A program made the position numbers and the translations under genes. From Candidatus Latescibacterota bacterium (GTDB lineage: Bacteria; Latescibacterota; UBA2968): a stretch of DNA of 64,000 bases. This document shows, piece by piece, positions 39,307 to 48,622 of the stretch (the first letter of the stretch is position 1; the number at the start of each line of letters is the position of its first letter). Location: the NCBI GenBank assembly GCA_038279365.1, contig JAYODI010000003.1:70616-134615 (forward strand). The letters run 5' to 3'. The notes under the pieces were generated by a model. It searched no databases, had not been told where the DNA came from, and was given only the letters and a program-made list of their open reading frames with translations.

Positions 39307-40125
39307 TCACTCTTTGAAGGACCAGACTTTGAGGATGGTTTTGCAAAGGAGCCATTCTAAGTCTTCGGGGGTGAAGGAGAGTTCGTTTCGGATGAGGTCG
39401 AGGGATTCTTGGTAGCCGGTGGTTTTGAGGATGTGAGGGAAGTCGGTGCCCCACATGAGGCGTTGGGGGCCATAGGTGTCATAGACTTGTTTGATGATGT
39501 CGTGGGTGTCTTTGAAGGGGTAGGGTTCTTTGGAGCGGGTGTGGATGTTGGAGATTTTGACGTAGACGTTTGGGTATTTGGCCCAGTTGAGGAGGTTGGT
39601 GAGGATGGGTTTGGGGGCGGGTTCATTGACGACGGTGCCGCCAATGTGGTCCACGACAACTTTGACTTCGGGGTAGCGGGCAATGATGGGTTCGATGGGG
39701 GCGTGGTCTTCGCCTTTGCCAAAGAGGTTGAATGCAAGATTGAGGTCGCGGGCGCGTTCCCACAAGGCGTTTTGATTGGGGGCGGCGAGGTTTGCGGGGT
39801 CGCCGTATCGAGAGAGGTGAATGCGAATGCCGCCAAAGCCTTGTTCGGTGGCAAGGTGTTCGAGTTGGTCGGCGGCATCGGGGGCCATGGGATCGACGAG
39901 GGCTTGGGCGGCGAGTTTGTGGGGGTATTTTGCAATGCAGTCGGCCACGTAGCGGTTGTCGAAGAGGTAGTGAATGGGTTGTACGATAACGGCTTTGTCG
40001 ACGCCTGAGGCGGCCATGGTTTCGAAGAGGAGTTCGACGGAACCAGGTTGGGTGGGTGTGCTGGGGCCGTAGGGGTATTTTGTGGCGTCGTCGCTCCAAA
40101 CGTGGAGGTGTGGGTCAATGATCAT
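39307..40125 (-). CDS. amidohydrolase_2 family protein
   Basis: IIDPHLHVW, VVDHIG, PNVYVKIS, RLMWGTDFP. Confidence 0.92.
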   Translation of the reverse strand: MIIDPHLHVWSDDATKYPYGPSTPTQPGSVELLFETMAASGVDKAVIVQPIHYLFDNRYVADCIAKYPHKLAAQALVDPMAPDAADQLEHLATEQGFGGIRIHLSRYGDPANLAAPNQNALWERARDLNLAFNLFGKGEDHAPIEPIIARYPEVKVVVDHIGGTVVNEPAPKPILTNLLNWAKYPNVYVKISNIHTRSKEPYPFKDTHDIIKQVYDTYGPQRLMWGTDFPHILKTTGYQESLDLIRNELSFTPEDLEWLLCKTILKVWSFKE

Positions 40126-40226
40126 TGGGTGCCTCGTATCTGTGAATGGGAAATGCGATTGGTTTTGATTTTTGCAGTTCTGTTTGCTGAATGCTGATAG
40201 CCGAGTGTGCTTCTAAAGGTTTTGTA

Positions 40227-41135
40227 TCAACCTTTGGGTGTGTCTTTTAAGATCGCGTCGATTTGTTGCAATTCGTCGTTTGAAAAGGTGAGGTCTGCGG
40301 CTGCAAGGTGGTCTTTGACTTGGTCGGGGTTTTTGGCACCCACGAGCACGCAGGTGATTTCGCTTCGGCGCAAGATCCAGGCGATGGCGAGTTGAACCAT
40401 GGTGCAGCCTTTGGATGTGGCGACGGTTTTGAGCTGGTCGGTCACGGCGAGGTATTGGGCAAAGAGGTCGCCTTTGAAGCGTGGGAAAGTGGATCGTTCG
40501 TCATCTTCGGGAAATGTGTGATTGGGGGTGTATTTGCCTGTAAGGAGGCCTTTGGCAAGCGGGCTGTGGGCCAAGATGCCAATGCCTGTTTGGGCGCAGT
40601 AGGCGAGGTCTTCGGCTTCGATGTTGCGATCAAACATGTTGTAGCGTGGTTGGCTGGAATGAAAGGGTGCAATATTGTAGGCCGTTGCCATTTGTTGGGC
40701 GTTAAAGTTGGAGATGCCAATGAAGCGGGTTTTGCCTTGTTCTTGGAGCTTGGCCATTGTGGCCATGCTGTCTTCAATGGGGTCTTGTTTGCTCCAGCCG
40801 TGAATTTGGTAGAGGTCTACATAATCGGTGTTGAGGCTGCGTAGGCTGTTTTCAATGGCTTCTTCAATGGCTTTGGGTTTGTAGCTTCGGCTCACCTTTG
40901 TGGCGAGAAAACAGCGTTCGCGGTAGCCGTCTTTGAGGGCGCGCCCCAAGGTGCTTTCACTGGTGCGATAGGCTTGTGCGGTGTCTAAAAGGGTGATGCC
41001 GTTGTCGATTGCGGTGCGAACCGTGGCGATGCTTTCTTGCTCATCCAGGTCGCCCATTCCACCGCCAATGGGCCACGCGCCCAAACCAATGACGGGAATT
41101 TCAGGGCCGTCTGTGCCCAATTGTCTGTGTAACAT
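40227..41135 (-). CDS. aldo/keto reductase
   Basis: IGLGAW, DTAQAY, LATK, DLYQIH, SPLAKGLLTG. Confidence 0.94.
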   Translation of the reverse strand: MLHRQLGTDGPEIPVIGLGAWPIGGGMGDLDEQESIATVRTAIDNGITLLDTAQAYRTSESTLGRALKDGYRERCFLATKVSRSYKPKAIEEAIENSLRSLNTDYVDLYQIHGWSKQDPIEDSMATMAKLQEQGKTRFIGISNFNAQQMATAYNIAPFHSSQPRYNMFDRNIEAEDLAYCAQTGIGILAHSPLAKGLLTGKYTPNHTFPEDDERSTFPRFKGDLFAQYLAVTDQLKTVATSKGCTMVQLAIAWILRRSEITCVLVGAKNPDQVKDHLAAADLTFSNDELQQIDAILKDTPKG

Positions 41136-41265
41136 TGTGCCTCCTTAAAGTTTTAGATGTGGGTAACTAAATGCATCAAAAGGAGAAACACAAGTAAGAA
41201 TTTTGGGAATTTGTTTTCGAAAACATAAATTTATCCATTTTTTGAATGGATGTTGCGTCATAAAT

Positions 41266-44200
41266 TTAATCGTCGGAAGATTGTGGTATGGGATCTTGTG
41301 TTGTTTTGGATAGGGTGCTGTTTGTGAGGCGTTTGAAAAAGAGGCGTAAATCATCGAGGAACGTATAGAAGAGAGGCACAACAAAGAGGGTGAGGGTCAT
41401 GGAAAAAAGGAGTCCACCAATCATGGTGCGGCCCATGGGGGCATAAGACATGCCCATCATTGCGCTGTTGCCCAAGGCCATGGGGAGGAGGCCAAAGACG
41501 GTGGAGAAGGTGGTCATGAGAATGGGGCGAAAGCGGTTTTGTCCGGCTTCGAGAAGGGCGTCTCTGCGGGCAGATCCATTTTTGCGCAGTTGGTTCACGC
41601 GGTCGATGAGCACGATGGCATTGTTAACCACCACGCCAATGAGCACAATGGCACCCACGTTGGCCATGCTGTCCATGGGGGTTTCTGTGAGGTAGAGCGT
41701 CCAGTAAACACCGAGGAATGCAAAGGGGATGGAGAAGATGACGGCAAAGGGCAACATGACCGATTCAAAGAGCACACCCATGAGAAGGAACACAAACACG
41801 ACCGACATCAATACGGCCAAATTCATGGCATCATCCGATTCTTGGTAGCGGCGAAAGCTTTCGCCTTTGTTCCAGGAATATCCACGTGGCAATTCAAGCC
41901 CCGAGAGCACTTCGTCAATATCGGCATAAAGTGTGCGCCGGTCTTGTCGGGTGGTAAAGGCTCTGATGCGCAGTTGCGACTTTCCGTCTTCGCGATAAAT
42001 GGTACCACTGCCTTTGGCCACCTGAAAGTTGGCAATAGAAGCAAGTGAAACTTCTTCGCCTGTGGTGGTGGGAAAGGAGAGGTTTTTGAGTTGGGTGAGG
42101 GTTTCTCGGTCTTCTTCTTTAATTTGTAAACGGACTGAAATTTCGCGTTCACCTGATTGGTAACGGGGGAGGTTTGATCCATTGAGTTGATACGCGATAG
42201 CCCGGCCCACCACACGGGGTGAGATGCCTTGTTTGCGGGCCTGTTCGCGGTCTATGCGCACATGAATTTCGCTTTCTGAGCGTTCCAATTCGCTGTCTAC
42301 GCTTAATACCGATGGTATGGTGCTTAAGCGGCGTTCCACTTCGCCACTGAGATCGGCCAAAACATTGACATCTTCGCCGTATAAGTAGACAGACACACTG
42401 GCACTACTGCGTTCGCCACGTGCGTCTATGGAGGTGTTGACGCCCACAAAACGGGGCATTTTTTCGCGGATGTCGGCTATGACTTCTGCGCGATCCATTC
42501 GGTTGTCTATGGGATAACCTATGGATTTGCGCACATTTCGATAGACCACATACCACCATTCGGTGTTGGGTTCGTCGTGCAAAAAAACCTGAAGCCGAAG
42601 GCCTGTTTTCCAGTAGTTGAGGCGCACGGTGCGGATATCGTATTTTTCGCGATTGGCTTCGAGAAACTCTTCAAATTCTTTGGCAAGGTGTGTGGTTTCA
42701 TCCCACGAAAAAAAGTCGGGTGTATAAACACTAAAGCGAAAGTCATTGAGGTTGCCACGCATGGCATCGGTGTGGCGCACTTGGTGAAAGGGAATGTAGA
42801 TGGTTGCAAAGAGTACCAAAACCACCAAAAGGGTGTCCCACCGATGGTTGAGTGTCCAGTTGAGCATTTTTTTGTAACGGTTGCGAATGCGTTGGATGTA
42901 TTGGGGGTCGGGTTTGATGTCTTTGCCGCCGAGTTTGGCGGCGGCCAAAGGAATGAAGATGAGGGCCACAAATAATGAACCCACAAGGGCAATGATGACG
43001 GGCACACCGATGCGCAATAAAAAGAAAGACAGGTCCACATCGCCATTCATGACCATAAGGGGCAAAAAAACGACCACCGTCGTCAGGGTGGCCATGGTAA
43101 TGGCCAAGCTGACTTCGCTGGCCCCGTGAATGGCGGCTTGGCGTGCGGGTTGTCCTTCACCACGGCACCGATAAATGTTTTCGACAACCACTATGGCGTT
43201 GTCTACCACCATTCCAATACCCACCATAAGTCCCATCATGGTGAGCATATTCAGTGACCAGTCTATGCCATAAAGAACGATGACGGTGATGAGGGCACAC
43301 ATGGGGATGGCCAAGGTGATGATGGCGGTCATGCGAAATGCGCGCAGGTAAAACAACAAGACCAAGGCCGCAAAAAAACCACCCCACAAGGCTGTGTTTC
43401 TGAGGTTGTTGATGGAGGCATGAATGATTTTGCCTTGGTCAAAAAAGACATTAAATTGAATGCCCGTTTGTTGATTAATTTCTTGAAGTTGTTTTTCAAC
43501 TGCTTGTGAAATGCGTGATATGTTGGCACCCGATTCGCGGTAGATGGCCACTGATACCGCATTGTGACCATCTAAACGTTCTCGATAGCCACGCTCGGGT
43601 ACGTCGTAAATAATGTCTGCAATTTCATAGAGGCGAATATCGCCTGAGCGTGTGCGAATGACGACATTCTTGATTTCATCGAGACTTCTAAATTTAGACA
43701 TGGAACGCACGAAGAATTTTTTGTCTCCTTCTTGTACATAACCACCCGCCAGTGAAAAGTTGTCGCCTTGCAAGGCTTGGGTGAGGTCGTAAGTGGTCAC
43801 GCCTCGTGTAGACATCTTTTCTTGGTCCACTTGAATGAGGACTTCTTTATATGTTTCACCCCAAATGTTGACCCGTGCCACACCGTCTATGCGCTCAAGT
43901 GGGCGTGCCACATGGGTTTCTGTATAGGTACCCGTGTCTTTGACCTCTTGGGGAACGGTGATGCCAATCCAGAGTATTTCTTCATCGGTTTCATCGTTGT
44001 ATTTATACACACGTACATTATCGGCGGCCTCTTCAGGCAAGATCAATTTGAGGCGTTCTAAGCGGTCTGTTACTTGGTTATAAGCCAGTGTCATATCTAC
44101 TTCTTGTCGAAAAGACAACCGTGCACGCACGCCCGATCCACCGCTCCAAGAGCGGATGCTGTTGAGGTCTTTGACGGTGCTTAAGTGTTCTTCTAAGGGA

Positions 44201-44412
44201 ATGCGAATTTGTTGGTCGGCTTCTTGTGGAGAGGTGTAAGGCGAGTAGATACGCACGTATAAAGAGCGTTGTTCCCAACCCGAGGCAAAGGCTTGTATGC
44301 GAATGCGGTGGTAAGAGATGCTCCCCAAAACGAGTAAGGCCAGGAGACACATGGTGATGGTCACTGGGCGGGTAACAGAGATTCGGGGCAATCGGGATGA
44401 TTTAGAAGGCAT
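41266..44412 (-). CDS. RND efflux transporter permease (AcrB/SwrC-like)
   Basis: 1048 aa; GMVVDNAIVVVENI, GVVVNNAIVLID, RFRPILMT. Confidence 0.94.
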   Translation of the reverse strand: MPSKSSRLPRISVTRPVTITMCLLALLVLGSISYHRIRIQAFASGWEQRSLYVRIYSPYTSPQEADQQIRIPLEEHLSTVKDLNSIRSWSGGSGVRARLSFRQEVDMTLAYNQVTDRLERLKLILPEEAADNVRVYKYNDETDEEILWIGITVPQEVKDTGTYTETHVARPLERIDGVARVNIWGETYKEVLIQVDQEKMSTRGVTTYDLTQALQGDNFSLAGGYVQEGDKKFFVRSMSKFRSLDEIKNVVIRTRSGDIRLYEIADIIYDVPERGYRERLDGHNAVSVAIYRESGANISRISQAVEKQLQEINQQTGIQFNVFFDQGKIIHASINNLRNTALWGGFFAALVLLFYLRAFRMTAIITLAIPMCALITVIVLYGIDWSLNMLTMMGLMVGIGMVVDNAIVVVENIYRCRGEGQPARQAAIHGASEVSLAITMATLTTVVVFLPLMVMNGDVDLSFFLLRIGVPVIIALVGSLFVALIFIPLAAAKLGGKDIKPDPQYIQRIRNRYKKMLNWTLNHRWDTLLVVLVLFATIYIPFHQVRHTDAMRGNLNDFRFSVYTPDFFSWDETTHLAKEFEEFLEANREKYDIRTVRLNYWKTGLRLQVFLHDEPNTEWWYVVYRNVRKSIGYPIDNRMDRAEVIADIREKMPRFVGVNTSIDARGERSSASVSVYLYGEDVNVLADLSGEVERRLSTIPSVLSVDSELERSESEIHVRIDREQARKQGISPRVVGRAIAYQLNGSNLPRYQSGEREISVRLQIKEEDRETLTQLKNLSFPTTTGEEVSLASIANFQVAKGSGTIYREDGKSQLRIRAFTTRQDRRTLYADIDEVLSGLELPRGYSWNKGESFRRYQESDDAMNLAVLMSVVFVFLLMGVLFESVMLPFAVIFSIPFAFLGVYWTLYLTETPMDSMANVGAIVLIGVVVNNAIVLIDRVNQLRKNGSARRDALLEAGQNRFRPILMTTFSTVFGLLPMALGNSAMMGMSYAPMGRTMIGGLLFSMTLTLFVVPLFYTFLDDLRLFFKRLTNSTLSKTTQDPIPQSSDD

Positions 44413-44471
44413 AAAAAGAAGCTTATGTATAGAATTAGGGAGAATAAATATTTCTTGAATAGACTTTAGTA

Positions 44472-44500
44472 AGACTAATGAAATGAGAGCGGTACGTCAA
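44472..44500 (-). promoter_or_regulatory. sigma-70-like promoter for the RND gene
   Basis: TTGACG-N17-TAGTCT on the - strand. Confidence 0.5.
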
Positions 44501-44601
44501 GGGCTTAATGTAGATGATGGCTGTCTAAACAGACCTTGATTTGAAGGGTGTAATGTGATATGTTGCGTAGTCGTTTGACTTTTCTTTCATCTCTTTCATT
44601 G

Positions 44602-45780
44602 ATGGACATTATGATTTCTACAGTTGAAGCACTCAAAGATGTGGTTGCTCAAGCACGTGAGGCCGAGTGTGTGGCTTTGGATACAGAATTTGTTTGGGAA
44701 GATACCTATTATCCGAAGTTGGGTATTATCCAATTGGGGTGGTCTAAAACCGAGTGTTATTTGATTGATGCGGTGGCCGTTCACGATTTAAGTCCTTTGG
44801 GTGATTTATTGGCCGATGCCCATACGGTTAAGATTTTGCACGATGCCCAACAAGACCTGTGGATTCTCAGGCATGCAACGGGTGTCACGGCTTGTCGAAT
44901 TTTTGACACACGGTGTGCCGCTGGTTTTGCAGGCATGAGCTCGACATTGTCGTTGAGCAATTTGTTGCGGATGTGTTTGAATGTGCTGTTGCCCAAAACC
45001 GAAACGCGCACCGATTGGCTTCAACGCCCTTTGTCTGATGAGCAATTGGAATATGCTTTAGACGATGTGCGTTATTTGCCTACATTGCGCGATTATTTGT
45101 TAAAGGCCGTTAAACAGCTGGGGCGAGAGGCGTGGTTAAATGATGAACTGGCGCTTTATGATAATGAATCGTTATATGACGACAGAGATCCCGATGTGCA
45201 GTATCAGCGTGTGAAGGGCATTGGGCGTTTGTCGCGACACGAGTTGGCGGTGGTGCGGGAGTTGGCGGCTTGGCGCGAAGCCGAAGCCAAAGTGCGCGAT
45301 GTGCCCCGAAGTCGTGTGCTGAGTGATGAGGCTTTTTTAGAAATTGCACGCCGCAAACCAAAAGCATTGGGTGATTTTCAGCGTTTGAGGCGGGTTTCTG
45401 AGCGTGATGTGTCGCGCTATGGTGATGTGCTCATTTCGGCCGTTAAGCGCGGGCTGGGTTTGGATGAACATGCCTGTCCTCCAGCCTCAGACAACAACCG
45501 TCCCAACCCAGTTGATGATGCCCGCCTCGATTTGGCGATGGCATTTATGCGTGGGCGTAGTTTGGCCGAAAAAGTAGATATTGGTTTGGTGGCGGCGCGT
45601 TCGGATGTGAAAGATTTGGTTGCCAATGGCAAATCTGGCAAACACAGTCGATTGTTGCGTGGGTGGCGTTATGAGTTTTTAGGTGCCGATTTGCTGGCAC
45701 TTTTAAGTGGTAAGAATGCAATTGGTGTGGACCCCAAAACAAAGTTGCCCACATTGGTTATTGAAAGGAACCCTACATGA
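44602..45780 (+). CDS. rnd: ribonuclease D
   Basis: VALDTEF, KILHDAQQD, FDT, TDWLQRPLS..QLEYALDDV, HRDC region, C-terminal GWR. Confidence 0.92.
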   Translation: MDIMISTVEALKDVVAQAREAECVALDTEFVWEDTYYPKLGIIQLGWSKTECYLIDAVAVHDLSPLGDLLADAHTVKILHDAQQDLWILRHATGVTACRIFDTRCAAGFAGMSSTLSLSNLLRMCLNVLLPKTETRTDWLQRPLSDEQLEYALDDVRYLPTLRDYLLKAVKQLGREAWLNDELALYDNESLYDDRDPDVQYQRVKGIGRLSRHELAVVRELAAWREAEAKVRDVPRSRVLSDEAFLEIARRKPKALGDFQRLRRVSERDVSRYGDVLISAVKRGLGLDEHACPPASDNNRPNPVDDARLDLAMAFMRGRSLAEKVDIGLVAARSDVKDLVANGKSGKHSRLLRGWRYEFLGADLLALLSGKNAIGVDPKTKLPTLVIERNPT

Positions 45781-45935
45781 AGCCCAAGTCGGAGTTACAA
45801 AGTGTGATTGATCAAATTGCCAGTGCAGACAGCCCCGTGGGAATGGACGCCGTGTATGTGCATGCGTTGATTTTGGATAAGTTGGAGAAAATGGAACAGC
45901 GTTTGGCGGTGTTGGAGGAGGCGTTGAAGAAGTAA
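45777..45935 (+). CDS. small hypothetical protein (52 aa), not in the ORF track
   Basis: MKPKSELQSVIDQIASADSPVGMDAVYVHALILDKLEKMEQRLAVLEEALKK; ATGA overlap with the rnd stop, AAGGA RBS, terminator follows. Confidence 0.78.
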   Translation: MKPKSELQSVIDQIASADSPVGMDAVYVHALILDKLEKMEQRLAVLEEALKK

Positions 45936-45958
45936 TACAGACTTATGAAGATGAACAT

Positions 45959-45994
45959 AAAAAGGGATGGCATATCGAATGCCACCCCTTTTTT
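45959..45994. terminator. bidirectional intrinsic terminator
   Basis: AAAAAGGGATGGCAT...ATGCCACCCCTTTTTT between convergent genes. Confidence 0.82.
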
Positions 45995-46022
45995 GTGTTT
46001 TTGGGCTATTGTCTCAATTTAT

Positions 46023-46832
46023 TTACTCGTAGTTTCGTTTCCACTTCCAATTGTCACTGCCCGAAATGAGTGGACGCATGTCTTCGGGGAGGGTGGCAAT
46101 AAATTCGGGGTCGATTTCGTTGCCACTCCATTCGCGTAACATCGGGGGTGTGTAACCGGCAACAAGGATGACGCGTTCGATATCGCTTTTGATGTGTGTG
46201 GTGCTGTGGATGAGCGATTCGGCAAACAGAAGAACGGAACCCGCTTTGGCTTCTATTTGATGAATGAGGTTTTCGGTGGGGTCATCTAAGGCGGCTTGAA
46301 TGATGGCTTCTTTTTTCCATGTGCTGCGATGGCTGCCCGGAATCACACTGGTGCCCCCATCGTTGGGGCCCACATCGGTGAGGTAGGCCAAGGTTTTGAC
46401 AAAGAGGCAATGAAATTTGTGTTCTTCCACATAACAACCCCACGTAGGGGTTGTGCCTCTGTGAAAGCCTGTGGGATGAATGCGTCGGGTGGCCAATTGT
46501 TCGTCTGTTACATCGGGTGCACGTCGGTTGATAATGGCTTCGGTTTCTTCTAAGCGTACTTTACCACCAACCACTTCTTCTATAAGGGGGATCAGCTTAG
46601 GATGTGCGGCATATTCCAACAAGGCAGGGTCGTAGGCGACAAGGTTGCCCATTAAGATGTGGTGATCCCCTTTTGGATTGCCATAGACACGCTTTTGTTT
46701 ACGGTTTGGATCTGCTTTCATGCGGTAGAGCGCGTCTTTCATACGTGCCACTTCATCTGGCGTGAGCACATTTTCGAGCAAGACATAACCGTAGGTATCA
46801 AAGTGAAAGCGTTGGGTGGGTGTGAGTGACAT
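46023..46832 (-). CDS. PhyH family Fe/2OG oxygenase with HxG in place of HxD
   Basis: FDTYGY, GFHRG, YLTDV...DGGTSVIPGSH, AGSVLLFAESLIHS. Confidence 0.88.
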   Translation of the reverse strand: MSLTPTQRFHFDTYGYVLLENVLTPDEVARMKDALYRMKADPNRKQKRVYGNPKGDHHILMGNLVAYDPALLEYAAHPKLIPLIEEVVGGKVRLEETEAIINRRAPDVTDEQLATRRIHPTGFHRGTTPTWGCYVEEHKFHCLFVKTLAYLTDVGPNDGGTSVIPGSHRSTWKKEAIIQAALDDPTENLIHQIEAKAGSVLLFAESLIHSTTHIKSDIERVILVAGYTPPMLREWSGNEIDPEFIATLPEDMRPLISGSDNWKWKRNYE

Positions 46833-46843
46833 GATGTATTCCT

Positions 46844-47461
46844 CTAAACGATTTCGATTTGGGCGCGTCCATTGGTGAGTTCGGTAATTATTTCAGTGAA
46901 TGACGATATGTTTTCTTCAGGGATCTTGATTTCAAATGTGACATCGGCACCAAATTCTTCACTGGTGATTTCCGCTTCAAAGTCTGGTAATTTGCGTTTA
47001 AAGCTTTCAATGGTGGGGTAGTCAATCACGATCATTGCTGTTGTATAGATGATGTGTTCGCCATGCAAAACCTCTTCTAAAGCATGTTGTACGCCACCCG
47101 AATAAGCTCTTACAAGCCCGCCTTTGCCAAGGTTGGTGCCGCCATAATATCGGGTAACAACAGCGGTGACGTCGCCCAACTCACAATGTGACAATACGGT
47201 GAGCATCGGTCTGCCTGCCGTGCCGTGGGGTTCACCATCGTCGCTCATGCCCACAATGCCCGTGTTGCCTGGTGGACCAATAAGATAGGCCCAACAGTTG
47301 TGTGAGGCATCGGCAAACTCCGTGCGCATTTGATTTATAAATGCACGTGCCTCGTCTTCAGAGGGCGTATAGGCCAGTGTGGTGATGAATCGGCTGCGTT
47401 TAATCTCATCTTCTACGCGACACGTCCCCACAGGAACTGCATATCGTTTATTCTCAACCAT
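46844..47461 (-). CDS. yigZ: YigZ/IMPACT family protein
   Basis: IKRSRF, ASHNCWAY, SDDGEPHGTAG, VTRYYGG..LG.GGLVRAY. Confidence 0.92.
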   Translation of the reverse strand: MVENKRYAVPVGTCRVEDEIKRSRFITTLAYTPSEDEARAFINQMRTEFADASHNCWAYLIGPPGNTGIVGMSDDGEPHGTAGRPMLTVLSHCELGDVTAVVTRYYGGTNLGKGGLVRAYSGGVQHALEEVLHGEHIIYTTAMIVIDYPTIESFKRKLPDFEAEITSEEFGADVTFEIKIPEENISSFTEIITELTNGRAQIEIV

Positions 47462-47516
47462 AACAAAATCACAAAGTAAAAGTATGAAATGCAAAAAGTT
47501 GATTTTTACACGGAAT

Positions 47517-48533
47517 CTAAAACTCCAACATCGCCTTGACAACACCTGCTTCAGGTGTGAGCCAGCTTGGAAACTGGTCGATGAACTGATCGTATGTTGC
47601 CCGATGCGTGATCCACGGCTTTGTATCTACCGCTCCTGTTTCCATCAGGTGAATGATGCGTTTGAAGTTTTCTGGGAGGGAATTTCGAGAACTGAGCAAA
47701 GTCATTTCTCGGCGGTGAAACTCAGGATCTTTAAAGGTGATGTCATCTAAAACGATGCCCACAAGTGTGAGGCGACCGCCATTGGCAACCCAAGAAAAGG
47801 CATTGTGCATCGAGTGTACATTGCCTGTGGCATCAAACACAACGGTGGGCAAATCACCCCCTAAGACATTGCGTAGGTCGGTTTCGATGTTGTCGAGGTT
47901 GTTGATGGTGTTGGATATGTTGAAGTGTTCTTGGCAAAATTGTGCGCGTTGTGCATTGGGTTCTAAGAGGGTGATGTTTACCCCTTGTACTTGGGCAAAT
48001 TGAATGACCGAGAGGCCAATGGGGCCAGCACCAATGACAAGAATATTTTCTTGTGCAGAAAGTTGCGCCCGATCAACAGCATGACAGCCAATGCCCAACG
48101 TTTCAACCAGTGCCAGTTGTTCCAATGCCAGGCTGTCTGATCGATGCAGTTTGTGTGCAGGCACAATGATTTGTTCGCGCATGCCACCATCCACATGCAC
48201 ACCGAGCACTTGGAGGCTTTCACAACAGTTCGATTTGCCATTGCGACAGGCAATGCATGTGCCACAATTGAGGTAGGGTTCTACAGCACAGTGATCACCC
48301 ACTTTCACTTGTGTGACGTTAGAGCCAATGGCTATGACTTCTACACCGAGCTCATGGCCTAAGATACGTGGGTAAGAAAAGAAAGGCTGGCGGCCTCGAA
48401 ATGCATGTAAATCGGTGCCGCAGATGCCTACTTTTTGAACAGAAACAAGGGCTTCTCCTTCACCAATTTTGTTGGGGAAGTCGGTTTCTAATGTGGTAAA
48501 ATGCTCTGGTTTTTCAAGTCTGATGGTTTTCAT
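47517..48533 (-). CDS. zinc-binding alcohol dehydrogenase (L-galactonate dehydrogenase LgoD/YjjN-like)
   Basis: GICGTD, GHE, four-Cys structural Zn site, GAGPIG, FHRREMTLLSSRN; adjacent to uxaB. Confidence 0.88.
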   Translation of the reverse strand: MKTIRLEKPEHFTTLETDFPNKIGEGEALVSVQKVGICGTDLHAFRGRQPFFSYPRILGHELGVEVIAIGSNVTQVKVGDHCAVEPYLNCGTCIACRNGKSNCCESLQVLGVHVDGGMREQIIVPAHKLHRSDSLALEQLALVETLGIGCHAVDRAQLSAQENILVIGAGPIGLSVIQFAQVQGVNITLLEPNAQRAQFCQEHFNISNTINNLDNIETDLRNVLGGDLPTVVFDATGNVHSMHNAFSWVANGGRLTLVGIVLDDITFKDPEFHRREMTLLSSRNSLPENFKRIIHLMETGAVDTKPWITHRATYDQFIDQFPSWLTPEAGVVKAMLEF

Positions 48534-48622
48534 TTTTGTCCTTTGTGATAAAACCCGTGATAAATAGCAAAATGACAGGCTATATCGCACGGGTTTTGTC
48601 TCTTGCTCATTTTGAAATGGTT

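Noticed and set aside
39357-40118. Long overlapping Pro/Thr-rich, Arg-rich and antisense ORFs over the amidohydrolase
   Set aside because: Explained by extreme codon bias suppressing stop codons; no motifs or RBS.
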